Below, piece after piece: positions 55,362 through 64,000 of a stretch of DNA of 64,000 nucleotides (the first letter of the stretch is position 1; every line of letters begins with the position of its first letter). The translations under genes were made by a program, and so were the position numbers. The notes under the pieces are model-generated. The model was not told the origin of the DNA, did no database searches, and was given only the letters and a program-made list of their open reading frames with translations. The stretch lies in NCBI GenBank assembly GCA_021804825.1, contig JAJZGX010000002.1:2760-66759 (forward strand), written 5' to 3'. This DNA comes from Pseudomonadota bacterium (lineage in GTDB: Bacteria; Pseudomonadota; Alphaproteobacteria; Rhizobiales; Beijerinckiaceae).

Positions 55362-56372
55362 ATGTTTTCACGTCGTCATCTGCTTCAAGTCGGGGGTGCA
55401 GCTGCCCTCGTTTCCAGCACCAGCCTGCCAAGTCTGGCGGCGGGCAAGGAATTGCGCATCGCGCTGGTGGTCAAAGCCCTCGGCATCGGCTTTTTTGATG
55501 CCTGCCACGAGGGCGGCGAACAGGCCGCCAAACAATTGGGCAATGTCAAAGTCATTTACACGGGGCCAACCAAGACCACGGCCGAAGAGCAGATTGCGGT
55601 GATCGAATCACTCATCGCCCAGAAGGTCGATGCCATGGCCATATCTGCCAATGATACCAACGCCCTCGTGCCGGTATGCAAGAAGGCGATGGCGCGTGGC
55701 ATCAAGGTGATTTCGTTTGATTCCGGCATCGCACCGGCAGGACGCATCCTCCAGATCAACCCCTCGAACAACACCCTCATTGGCGCCAAATGCGTTCAGA
55801 TGATCGCCAAAACCCTGAACTATCAGGGCGAGATTGCCATTTTGTCGGCAACAGCGCAGGCCACCAACCAGAATATCTGGATCGGCAAAATGAAGGAGGA
55901 GCTGAAAAAGCCCGCTTATGCCAAAATGAAGCTGGTCGCCACGGTTTATGGCGATGACGTCGCCGACAAGAGCTACCGCGAGATGCAGGGACTGATCAAG
56001 GCGCATCCGAATCTGAAGGGCGTCATTGCGCCGACGACGGTTGGCATTGTCGCCGCCGCCAAAGCCGTGGTTGATGCCAAGCTGACGGGCAAGATTTTCG
56101 TCTCGGGCCTCGGCCTGCCGTCGGAAATGAAGGCCGCTGTGGCATCGGGCGCAACCGACACCTTCGCCATCTGGAACCCGATCGATCTTGGCTATACCGC
56201 CATCATGGTCGCAGCCCAAATCGCCGAAGGCAAGACCACCGGCAAGCCGGGCAGCGTGCTGCATTGCGGGCGCATGGGTGATTTGAAAGTCACGCCCAAT
56301 GCCACTGTGGCAATGGCCAATCCTTATACGTTCGATAAATCCAACATCGACAAATTCGCCAAGATTTTCTGA
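55362..56372 (+). CDS. rhaS: Rhamnose ABC transporter substrate-binding protein
   Basis: 336 aa with the leader MFSRRHLLQVGGAAALVSSTSLPSLAAGKE. RbsB-like periplasmic binding fold and an AGGAGG RBS. Confidence 0.88.
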   Translation: MFSRRHLLQVGGAAALVSSTSLPSLAAGKELRIALVVKALGIGFFDACHEGGEQAAKQLGNVKVIYTGPTKTTAEEQIAVIESLIAQKVDAMAISANDTNALVPVCKKAMARGIKVISFDSGIAPAGRILQINPSNNTLIGAKCVQMIAKTLNYQGEIAILSATAQATNQNIWIGKMKEELKKPAYAKMKLVATVYGDDVADKSYREMQGLIKAHPNLKGVIAPTTVGIVAAAKAVVDAKLTGKIFVSGLGLPSEMKAAVASGATDTFAIWNPIDLGYTAIMVAAQIAEGKTTGKPGSVLHCGRMGDLKVTPNATVAMANPYTFDKSNIDKFAKIF

Positions 56373-56469
56373 TAGCTGGATCAGCGTTCAAGTCCGACAA
56401 TGTCCCGCCGCCCAGTGCGGCGGGGCCCCCTTGCGTGCGCGCGATCCTCCAAATCCTGAAAAAACAGCC

Positions 56470-57990
56470 ATGGCGGCACATAAAGACAATGCGGAAATTC
56501 TCCTCAGCCTGGACGGCGTGAGCAAAGGGTTCCCCGGCGTGCGGGCGTTGGAGGCTGTGCGCCTGACGCTGCGGGCTGGCGAAGTCACGGCGCTGATCGG
56601 CGAGAATGGCGCAGGCAAATCAACCCTCGTTAAAATCCTCACGGGGCTTTATCGACCCGACGCTGGCCGACTGACCGTTGCGGGAAGCGATGTGAAGCTT
56701 GAAGGGGTGCGCGACGCCGCCCGGCACGGCATCGTCGCGATCCACCAGGAAACGGTGATGTTCGACGACCTCACTGTCGCCGAGAATATATTCATGGGTC
56801 ATATGCCCAAAGGCCGCGGCGGGTTTGTGGATTGGCCGCAAATCAACCAGCGCGCGGCGCGATTGCTTGCCGAGGTTGACGCAGATTTTTCGGCACATGC
56901 ACGTGTCAGCACCTTGTCAGTTGCGCAGAAACACCTTGTCGAGATTGCTCGTGCCTTGTCACAGGAAGCGCGGATCATCATCATGGATGAGCCGACGGCA
57001 GCACTTTCAGGGCACGAAATCACTGATCTGTTCAAGATCATCGCCAGATTGAAGGCGCAAGGCCGGGCGATCCTGTTCATCTCGCACAAGTTTGATGAAA
57101 TCTTCGCCATTGCCGATAGCTGGGCGTGTCTGCGCGATGGCGTGCATGTCGGCGAGGGGCGCATGGGCGCCGTGACCCAGGCCGATCTGGTGCGCCTGAT
57201 GGTGGGGCGCCCGGTCGGACAGATGTTTCCGCAACGCCGAAGCCCATACGGGCCGCTGGTGCTCGAGGCCGAGGGCCTGTCGCATCCAACCGAATTTGCA
57301 GACATCAGTTTTTCGCTGCACAGGGGCGAAATCCTGGGGTTTTACGGGCTTGTGGGCGCGGGCCGCTCCGAGGTGATGCAGGCGCTGTTTGGGCTTACCC
57401 CCATTTCAGCCGGCAGCATCCGCATAGATGGCAAGCCGGTGACCATCGACAGCGCCGGGGTGGCGATCAGCGTGGGGCTGGGCTTTGTGCCCGAAGACCG
57501 GCAGCATGAGGGCGCGATCCTAGCCCTGCCGATTTATCAGAATGTGACGCTGGCCAAGCTGCAACCACATACCAAGCATGGCGTGTTGTCACGAAGTTCG
57601 GAGCTGGCGGCAAGCCGCGCCATTACCGGCGGCCTTGATCTGCGTGCCGCCGGGCAGGATCAGGCCGCGGGGCAATTGTCGGGTGGCAATCAGCAAAAGG
57701 TGGTGATTGCCAAATGGCTGGCCACCAATCCGAAAATCCTCATCCTTGATGAGCCGACCAAAGGCATCGACATTGGTGCCAAGGCAGCCGTGCATGAATT
57801 CATTCGCACGCAAGCAGAAGAAGGCATGGCGGTGATCATGGTGTCATCAGAAATCCCTGAAATCATTGGCATGGCCGACCGCGTCATGGTTATGCGCGCC
57901 GGGCGGATCGTGGCGGAGTTTGCCGCGGGGACGGCGACGCCGGAAAAACTGGTCGCTGTCGCCAGCCAGGACATCGAGGTGGCGGCATGA
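56470..57990 (+). CDS. rhaT: Rhamnose ABC transporter ATP-binding protein (duplicated ATPase)
   Basis: Start re-set to ATG 56470 (MAAHKDNAEILLSLDGVSKGFPG..). Two NBDs (GENGAGKST and LSGGNQQKV). Confidence 0.9.
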   Translation: MAAHKDNAEILLSLDGVSKGFPGVRALEAVRLTLRAGEVTALIGENGAGKSTLVKILTGLYRPDAGRLTVAGSDVKLEGVRDAARHGIVAIHQETVMFDDLTVAENIFMGHMPKGRGGFVDWPQINQRAARLLAEVDADFSAHARVSTLSVAQKHLVEIARALSQEARIIIMDEPTAALSGHEITDLFKIIARLKAQGRAILFISHKFDEIFAIADSWACLRDGVHVGEGRMGAVTQADLVRLMVGRPVGQMFPQRRSPYGPLVLEAEGLSHPTEFADISFSLHRGEILGFYGLVGAGRSEVMQALFGLTPISAGSIRIDGKPVTIDSAGVAISVGLGFVPEDRQHEGAILALPIYQNVTLAKLQPHTKHGVLSRSSELAASRAITGGLDLRAAGQDQAAGQLSGGNQQKVVIAKWLATNPKILILDEPTKGIDIGAKAAVHEFIRTQAEEGMAVIMVSSEIPEIIGMADRVMVMRAGRIVAEFAAGTATPEKLVAVASQDIEVAA

Positions 57991-58979
57991 AGGCGCTTGG
58001 GCAAAATGTGCCGCGCGAAGCCATGCTCGCCGCCATTATTGTCGTGCTGCTCGGGCTCATAGGCTTGCGTGCGCCGGTGTTCCTGTCGCCCGGCAATCTC
58101 CTCGGGGTGCTGACCGACACGTCGTTTCTGTTCATGCTGGCGCTCGCACAAATGGCGGTGATTCTGACCCGCGGCATCGATCTTTCGGTCGCGGCCAATC
58201 TGGCGCTTTCGGGGATGATCGTCACTTTGGCGGATCGCGCCCATCCCGGATTGTCACTGCCGGTGCTGTTTGCATTGGCCGCTTTGAGTGGCCTCATCCT
58301 GGGCGCCTTCAACGGCGCGCTCATTGCATTTGTCGAAATTCCGCCGATCGTGGTGACTTTGGGCACGCTGTCCATCTATCGGGGTCTCATTTTCGTCATC
58401 GCCGGTGGGCAATGGCTCACGTCCAACGATATGAGCCGAAGCTTTCTGGCGTTCCCTCGCGATACGCTGCTGGGCCTGCCCAACCTGCTGGTGGTCGCTC
58501 TTGTGGTGAGTGTGTTGTTCTGGTTGCTGCTCAATCATACCAGCTTCGGGCGCAATCTTTATGCCATTGGCGGCAATCCGGTGGCGGCGCGCTATTGCGG
58601 GATCAGCCTGACGCGCCAGATTTTTGCGGTCTATATTCTGAGCGGCGTGATTTCCGGGCTTTGCGGCCTGCTGTGGGTGTCGCGTTATGGCATTGCCTAT
58701 TCAGGGATTGCCCAGGGCTATGAACTCACGGTGATTGCGGCTTGTGTCATTGGCGGCGTGTCGATTGCCGGTGGCATCGGCAGCATCGTCGGCGCGCTGC
58801 TCGGTGCCTTGTTTCTGGGCATTATCGTCAATGCATTGCCGGTGATGCAGGTCTCGCCGTTTTGGCAGGTTCTGGTCTCGGGTGTGATCATCTTGCTGGC
58901 GGTGGTGCTCAACGCCCGTTCGGAACATCGGGCCGGGCGGCTGATCCTGAAGACGCCAGCGCGCGAGGGCACGCCATGA
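57987..58979 (+). CDS. rhaP: Rhamnose ABC transporter permease
   Basis: 330 aa RbsC-like multi-TM permease. ATGA overlap with rhaT. Confidence 0.88.
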   Translation: MKALGQNVPREAMLAAIIVVLLGLIGLRAPVFLSPGNLLGVLTDTSFLFMLALAQMAVILTRGIDLSVAANLALSGMIVTLADRAHPGLSLPVLFALAALSGLILGAFNGALIAFVEIPPIVVTLGTLSIYRGLIFVIAGGQWLTSNDMSRSFLAFPRDTLLGLPNLLVVALVVSVLFWLLLNHTSFGRNLYAIGGNPVAARYCGISLTRQIFAVYILSGVISGLCGLLWVSRYGIAYSGIAQGYELTVIAACVIGGVSIAGGIGSIVGALLGALFLGIIVNALPVMQVSPFWQVLVSGVIILLAVVLNARSEHRAGRLILKTPAREGTP

Positions 58980-59974
58980 GCGTCATCGTCGACGCCCCCA
59001 AGGCAAGCCCGAAGGCCAAACCAGTCTGGGCGCGCTTCATGCGCTGGGAGACGCTGCTGGCGCTCCTTTGCGTGGTGATGATGGTCGGGAACAGTTTGCT
59101 GTCGCCGTATTTTCTTGATTTTGGCAATCTGTCGGATGCGACGGCGAATTTCTCGGAACAGGCCATTATTGCGCTGGCCATGGCGCTGCTGATCATCGCC
59201 CGCGACATTGACCTCTCGGTCGCATCGGTGATCGCCGTCTGCTCGCTGGCCATGGGTTTGCTTGCGGCCCAAGGTTTCGGCACGCCGGTGCTCATGGTGG
59301 CGGCGCTGGCGCTTGGCCTCGCCTGCGGCATGTTCAACGGCTGGCTGGTGACAAAATTTGCGCTGCCCTCGATTGTCGTCACCATCGGCACCATGTCTTT
59401 GTTTCGCGGGCTGGCCGATATTGTGCTCGGCGACAAGGCGCTCACCCATTATCCGCCGCTGTTGCAGGCCATAGGCCAGAACTACGTCGCGAGTTGGCTG
59501 CCCATTCCGGTGTCCTTTGCGGTATTTCTGATATTGGCTTTGGTCTTTGCCTTTGTGCTGCACGCCACCCCCTTCGGGCGTCGGCTTTATGCCATGGGCA
59601 ACAACCCGGTGGCGGCAAGATTTTCCGGCATCCCGGTCAACCGCATCCGCTTCATCCTGTTTGCCCTGACCGGGCTGATGTCCGGCCTTGCAGCGATATT
59701 GCTGACGGGGCGCATCGGCTCGACCCGCCCCAATATCGCAACAGGCTGGGAACTCTCGGTCATCACCATGGCGATTCTGGGCGGCGTGTCGATCTCCGGC
59801 GGCTCCGGCACCATTGGCGGCGTGGTGCTGGCGGTGCTGCTGCTGGGCTTCACGCAATTTGGCCTGTCGCTGGTCAATGTGCCGGAAATCGTTATCAACA
59901 TCCTGCAGGGCGTGATGCTGATAGTCGCCATTGGGGTGCCGCTTCTGCTGCAACGCCTGCGGGGGAGGCGCTGA
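58976..59974 (+). CDS. rhaQ: Rhamnose ABC transporter permease
   Basis: Start re-set to ATG 58976 ([30 protein letters not shown]..). ATGA overlap with rhaP. RbsC-like. Confidence 0.88.
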   Translation: MSVIVDAPKASPKAKPVWARFMRWETLLALLCVVMMVGNSLLSPYFLDFGNLSDATANFSEQAIIALAMALLIIARDIDLSVASVIAVCSLAMGLLAAQGFGTPVLMVAALALGLACGMFNGWLVTKFALPSIVVTIGTMSLFRGLADIVLGDKALTHYPPLLQAIGQNYVASWLPIPVSFAVFLILALVFAFVLHATPFGRRLYAMGNNPVAARFSGIPVNRIRFILFALTGLMSGLAAILLTGRIGSTRPNIATGWELSVITMAILGGVSISGGSGTIGGVVLAVLLLGFTQFGLSLVNVPEIVINILQGVMLIVAIGVPLLLQRLRGRR

Positions 59975-59976
59975 AC

Positions 59977-60291
59977 ATGGCCCGCTATGTTTTCAAGATG
60001 CACCTCCATCCCGGCAAGATCGAAGAATATCGTGCGCGTCATGACGCCATCTGGCCTGAACTAGTGGCCTTGCTGCGCGCCAGCGGCATCAGCGCCTATT
60101 CAATCCATCTCGACCCCGACACCAACCTCCTCATAGGTTGCCTCGAGCGCCGCGAAGGCCACACCATGGACGATCTGCCGGATCATCCGGTCATGCAACG
60201 CTGGTGGGCGCATATGCGTGACATCATGGCAACCGCGCCGGACGGAGCGCCGCTCAGCACGCCGCTGGTTCCGATGTTCTACATGGAATGA
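59977..60291 (+). CDS. rhaU: L-rhamnose mutarotase
   Basis: Start re-set to ATG 59977: [46 protein letters not shown].., 104 aa. Typical RhaM/RhaU. Confidence 0.9.
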   Translation: MARYVFKMHLHPGKIEEYRARHDAIWPELVALLRASGISAYSIHLDPDTNLLIGCLERREGHTMDDLPDHPVMQRWWAHMRDIMATAPDGAPLSTPLVPMFYME

Positions 60292-61661
60292 CCATGGCCC
60301 GCCTGAGCGCAACAGCCGTGTTCGATGTCGGCAAAACCGCCGCGAAACTGGTCTGTTTCAATGAGAACAGCGAGGTTTTATGGCAGGCTGCCATGGCCAA
60401 TGTCGTGATGGCCGGGCCGCCCTATCCGCATATTGATAGCGCTGCGCTGCAAGGCTTTCTGGAAACAGGTCTGCGCGAGGCGGCTGCGGTTTGCGACATC
60501 GCGACCATTGTCGTCACCACCCACGGCGCTGCGGGGGCGCTGGTCGATGAGCATGGGCTGGTCTTGCCGATCATGGATTACGAATGGAGCGGCCCGCTCG
60601 ACATGCGGGACGATTATGAAAGCCAGCGCCCGCCCTATGCGCAGAGCTTTTCGCCATCACTGCCGCAAGGACTCAATCTCGGGCGGCAGCTTTTTTGGCA
60701 AAGGCATCTTTTCCCGCAAGCCTTTGCATCGGCGCGGCATTTCCTCACCTTTCCGCAATATTGGGGCTGGTGGCTGACGGGGGTGGCCGCATCCGAAATC
60801 ACCTCGCTCGGCTGCCACACGGATTTATGGGAACCGCTGGCGGCGCGCCCCTCGGGTCTCGCCATCGGCCTCGGGCTGGCGGCGAAAATACCGCCGCTGC
60901 GCCGCGCCTGGGAGACGCTCGGCACCTTGCGTTCCGGCATTGCCGACGCCACTGGCCTCGCCCATGACGTTGAGGTCAAGGTCGGTATCCATGATTCCAA
61001 CGCATCCCTGTTGCCGCATCTGGCGCAGCAGCAACGGCCATTTTGCCTGCTTTCGACCGGCACATGGGTGATTGCCCTGCATGTCGGCGGCGATCTCGCC
61101 CGGCTTGATCCGCAAGCCGATATGCTCGCCAATGTCGCGGCCGATGGCCATGCGATAGCTTGCGCGCGGTTCATGGGCGGGCGCGAATACGAGACCTTGC
61201 TGGCGGGCGAGACCGCGCCACCCAACCTTGCTGATGTCGCCGCGCTGGTTGCGTCCGGCACGATGGCGCTACCGGCGTTTTCGCCCATGGGCGGGCCTTA
61301 TGCGACTCTTGAAGGCCGGATTGTCGGGCCGCTTGCGCCCGCATGTCGACCAGCGCTCGCCACGCTCTATTGCGCGTTGATGTGCGATGACATGCTGACC
61401 CGCCTCGATGTGCGCGGCGACATCATCGTCGACGGAAATTTTTCCACCAACCCGACGTTTCCCGCCGTGCTGGCGCAATTGCGCCCGGCAAACAGGGTGT
61501 TCGCCGCCCAAGCCATTGGTACCGCCGCGGGTGCTGCGGCGCTGGCAACCTGGCCGCTGCTGGTGGCAGGCACGCCACCGGTTCCCTCAGCGCCATCAGC
61601 AATCGCGGAGCTGGAAGGATATCGCCGAAGCTGGCGTCAGGCGCTGCTTCAAGCTTGCTAG
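60288..61661 (+). CDS. rhaK: Rhamnulose/rhamnose kinase (Rhizobium RhaK type, sugar-kinase/actin-fold)
   Basis: 457 aa: ..[15 protein letters not shown].., ..LSTGTWVIA.. Called on its position at the end of rhaRSTPQUK. Confidence 0.8.
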   Translation: MTMARLSATAVFDVGKTAAKLVCFNENSEVLWQAAMANVVMAGPPYPHIDSAALQGFLETGLREAAAVCDIATIVVTTHGAAGALVDEHGLVLPIMDYEWSGPLDMRDDYESQRPPYAQSFSPSLPQGLNLGRQLFWQRHLFPQAFASARHFLTFPQYWGWWLTGVAASEITSLGCHTDLWEPLAARPSGLAIGLGLAAKIPPLRRAWETLGTLRSGIADATGLAHDVEVKVGIHDSNASLLPHLAQQQRPFCLLSTGTWVIALHVGGDLARLDPQADMLANVAADGHAIACARFMGGREYETLLAGETAPPNLADVAALVASGTMALPAFSPMGGPYATLEGRIVGPLAPACRPALATLYCALMCDDMLTRLDVRGDIIVDGNFSTNPTFPAVLAQLRPANRVFAAQAIGTAAGAAALATWPLLVAGTPPVPSAPSAIAELEGYRRSWRQALLQAC

Positions 61662-62443
61662 CGCCCGACGATCGCCCTTAATTTGTCACGAAAGCGCATG
61701 AGTGCGGCCGAAAGGGCCTCGCGTTCGGCAACGAACCTGTGGGTCGGCGCGGGGATGGAAACCGCGACCGGGCGCCCATAGGCGTCAACCACCGCAATAC
61801 CGACGGCGCTGATGCCAAGGCCATGTTCTGCAAGGTCAAATGCCAAGTGCTTGCGCCGCACATTGTCAATTTCACGCAGCAACCGGCCTTGGTCGGCAAG
61901 CGGGTAATCGGCGTGCTCACCGAGGCTCTTGTCGATGAGTTTCATGGCGTCCTCCTTGGCAAAGCAGGCCAGTATGGCTTTGCCATTGGCGGTGCAGTGC
62001 AGCGGAAACCGCTCGCCGATGGCCGATAGCGCCACGAGCCGCTGCTGGCCCGGAATCTGGTCGATGAAGACCACCGAGCCGCCGGAAAGGATCGAAAGAT
62101 CAACCGTTTCGCCCACCTCATCACGCAATGCGACGAGATGTGGATGCAAAATATCGGTGAAATTCGAGCTGAGTGAGGCTGCGATGCGTGCCAGGCCGGG
62201 CCCGATGCGCACGCCATGGCCGGGTTCCGCCTGAGTCACAAAATCTTCTGCCGCCAGGGCCGCGACAATGCGCTGCACGGTGGAGCGGGCAAGGCCCACC
62301 TGCCGCGCTATGGCACCAAGGCTCAAGCCCTCTGGCTTGCCCTCCAGCGCCCGCAATACACTGGCAGCCCGCGCGATGACCTGAACGCCAAGTCCCGCAG
62401 TCTTTTCGTCTTCCCTCACGTCTGATGCACTCACGTCAGCCAA
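61658..62443 (-). CDS. IclR-family transcriptional regulator
   Basis: 261 aa. The N-terminal wHTH is ..RAASVLRALEGKPEGLSLGAIARQVGLARSTVQRIVAAL.., followed by an IclR effector domain. The start is TTG 62443 (uncertain). Its stop overlaps the rhaK stop by 4 nt (convergent). Confidence 0.85.
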   Translation of the reverse strand: MADVSASDVREDEKTAGLGVQVIARAASVLRALEGKPEGLSLGAIARQVGLARSTVQRIVAALAAEDFVTQAEPGHGVRIGPGLARIAASLSSNFTDILHPHLVALRDEVGETVDLSILSGGSVVFIDQIPGQQRLVALSAIGERFPLHCTANGKAILACFAKEDAMKLIDKSLGEHADYPLADQGRLLREIDNVRRKHLAFDLAEHGLGISAVGIAVVDAYGRPVAVSIPAPTHRFVAEREALSAALMRFRDKLRAIVGR

Positions 62444-62511
62444 TCCCCATTGCGCCCGCTTTAGCCCGCAAGGATGAATTTACAAAATTTCAAAATCCGC
62501 CTTGACTGGTA

Positions 62512-62534
62512 TATGATACACATGCACTATCATA
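62512..62534. promoter_or_regulatory. Inverted repeat, candidate IclR operator overlapping a putative promoter for the cyclase operon
   Basis: TATGATA-cacatgcac-TATCATA, immediately downstream of a TTGACT hexamer (62502-62507), in the IclR/cyclase divergent spacer. Confidence 0.45.
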
Positions 62535-62610
62535 CGATACAGAAAAAACCAGCCGCTTGACGAGCTGGAAATGGAAACGCCGAATTTAGTCTGACTCTGG
62601 AGGAGCCAAC

Positions 62611-63486
62611 ATGCCGATCAAAGTGCGCGGGATTGAGTTTGAAGACAATCTCGACAATGCGATGGGTCTGGAATTTTACAATCTCTCGCATCGCTTCGGG
62701 TTCCAGTCGCCCAACTGGCCGTATTTCGAGGATGTGAAGATCGAACGCATTCATTACATGGCCAAATCTGGTGTGTTGTCGCAGCGCATCACCACGTCCA
62801 TGCACAACACCACCCATATCGATGCGCCGGCTCATGTCGTTGAAGACACGCCCTTCATCGACGAAGTGCCGTTGCCGCATTTCTTCGGATCAGGGCTGGT
62901 CGTGTCGATCCCCAAGAAAATGTGGGAGCCGATCACCTATGACGATCTGGAAAAGGCGGCGGGCAAAGCGGTGCGGCCCGGCGACGTCATCATCGTCAAC
63001 ACCGGCTGGCACCACAAATACCGCGACAGCGAGGAATATTTCTGCAAATGCCCCGGCTTCGTGCCGTCGGCCGGTGACTGGTTCGTTGAAAAAAAGGTGA
63101 AGGTGGTCGGTCACGACACCCAGGCCAATGATCACCCGCTGGCGACGGCCATTGGCCCGCATCGCAACGGCCCGCTCCACCCCCATCTCGCGGAAGAATT
63201 CAAGAAATGGTCGGGCGGGATCGATTGGAAAGTCGCTCATCCCGAGTGGGAACCGGTGCATCGCAAACTGTTTACCAATGGCATTCTGGGCATCGAGAAT
63301 GTCGGCGGCGACCTCGATGCTGTCACCGGCAAGCGCGTCACTTTCGCGTTTTTCCCGTGGAACTGGGATCGCGGCGATGGCTGCATCATCCGTCTGGTGG
63401 CGATGATCGACAAGGGCCAGTCCTATCGCATCGCCAATGGCGCACCATTCGAGACCGGCGCCAAGCGCGCCAAAGGCAAGGCCTAG
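62611..63486 (+). CDS. Cyclase-family protein (kynurenine-formamidase-like metal hydrolase, PF04199-like)
   Basis: 291 aa with the HNTTHIDAPAHV metal-binding motif and ..VGHDTQAND.. GGAGGAG RBS. Confidence 0.8.
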   Translation: MPIKVRGIEFEDNLDNAMGLEFYNLSHRFGFQSPNWPYFEDVKIERIHYMAKSGVLSQRITTSMHNTTHIDAPAHVVEDTPFIDEVPLPHFFGSGLVVSIPKKMWEPITYDDLEKAAGKAVRPGDVIIVNTGWHHKYRDSEEYFCKCPGFVPSAGDWFVEKKVKVVGHDTQANDHPLATAIGPHRNGPLHPHLAEEFKKWSGGIDWKVAHPEWEPVHRKLFTNGILGIENVGGDLDAVTGKRVTFAFFPWNWDRGDGCIIRLVAMIDKGQSYRIANGAPFETGAKRAKGKA

Positions 63487-63510
63487 ACGCGCCAGCCCGG
63501 AGGATGGGTC

Positions 63511-63861
63511 ATGCACATCAAGCGTTTCAAAGATGCCAAACCCTATGAGGCACCCAATCATCGCGGCGTTGTCGGTCTGCGATTGCAGGGTTTTGAACCG
63601 GGTGGCCCCACCAACCAATGGGTGGGATTCTCGCAATTTCTGCCCGGCGGCGGCGCGGGGCCAGATTCGACACCCTTCGAGAAAGTCTACATCGTGCTCG
63701 AAGGCGAAATGACCCTCATCGTCGGCGGTGTCGAAATGGTGCTGGGCGCGTTGGATTCCTGCACCATCGCCCCCGGCGAGGTGCGCGAAATCATCAATTC
63801 CAGCAATCACATCTGCAAGATGCTGGTGGTCATTCCCTATCCACCCGGAGTGAAGCCATGA
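63511..63861 (+). CDS. Cupin-domain protein
   Basis: 116 aa with a small beta-barrel pattern (..EKVYIVLEGEMTLIVGG..CTIAPGEVREI..). RBS GGAGGA. Confidence 0.7.
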   Translation: MHIKRFKDAKPYEAPNHRGVVGLRLQGFEPGGPTNQWVGFSQFLPGGGAGPDSTPFEKVYIVLEGEMTLIVGGVEMVLGALDSCTIAPGEVREIINSSNHICKMLVVIPYPPGVKP

Positions 63862-64000
63862 CGCGCACGCTCTCCCATCCGCTGACGCTGTTTGACGTTG
63901 CGGGCAAGGTCGCGGTCATCACCGGCGCTTCGGGCGCCTTTGGAGCGCTTGCAGCCGAGGTTCTGGGCGCAGCGGGTGCCAAACTGGTGCTCACCGCCGG
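63858..64000 (+). CDS. Short-chain dehydrogenase/reductase, N-terminal fragment (runs off the right edge)
   Basis: ATG 63858 overlaps the cupin stop (ATGA). The translation MTRTLSHPLTLFDVAGKVAVITGASGAFGALAAEVLGAAGAKLVLTA carries the Rossmann TGxxGxxG motif. Confidence 0.75.
   Translation, partial: MTRTLSHPLTLFDVAGKVAVITGASGAFGALAAEVLGAAGAKLVLTA

Noticed and set aside
1-64000. Search for CRISPR arrays, IS elements or transposases, integrases, prophage genes, toxin-antitoxin pairs or known defence-system genes
   Set aside because: I recognised none. No regularly spaced direct repeats are visible, and every ORF longer than about 100 aa outside shadow frames is accounted for by metabolic, transport, signalling or housekeeping families.

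Overview
GC-rich, densely coding chromosomal segment. Gene content and synteny look like a Rhizobiales/Hyphomicrobiales-type alphaproteobacterium (braDEFGC, rhaRSTPQUK/rhaDI, smoC-EFGK-S, carB-greA, cpdR, chpT). I recognised no rRNA, tRNA, CRISPR array, transposase, integrase or phage gene. All calls come from reading the sequence and ORF track and from remembered family motifs; no database search was run. The ORF track translates GTG/TTG starts as M, so I re-set many starts to an internal ATG with a Shine-Dalgarno. Gene order, left to right: ubiA (partial) with a small secreted protein; rsmE; a 7TM-sensor/PAS/degenerate-GGDEF/EAL protein; rph-rdgB; a minus-strand polyol island (SorC regulator, smoEFGK transporter, sorbitol dehydrogenase, second SDR, FGGY pentulose kinase); cpdR; carB-greA-ELM1-like; Liv-type ABC system 1; GNAT; YeaQ-like; rlmN; braDEFG-small membrane protein-braC; an orphan Sfp-type PPTase; chpT followed by an MCP-less cheA(REC hybrid)-cheW-cheY-cheB(no REC)-cheR-GNAT cluster; a tightly coupled minus-strand operon; GST; cysD-cysNC; an outer-membrane porin; the complete Rhizobium-type rhamnose regulon; IclR-cyclase-cupin-SDR. 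The best candidate for an undescribed system is the minus-strand operon at 40937-45429. It encodes an ACAD-like flavoprotein, a truncated SerRS-like class II aaRS core (amino acid:carrier-protein ligase type), a MetY-type PLP enzyme and a divergent MetA-like acyltransferase. It sits behind a ~29% GC promoter island, has no adjacent carrier protein gene, and lies near an orphan PPTase and the PAPS-forming cysD-cysNC genes. The second candidate is chpT placed directly upstream of a hybrid CheA-REC chemosensory cluster with no receptor gene.
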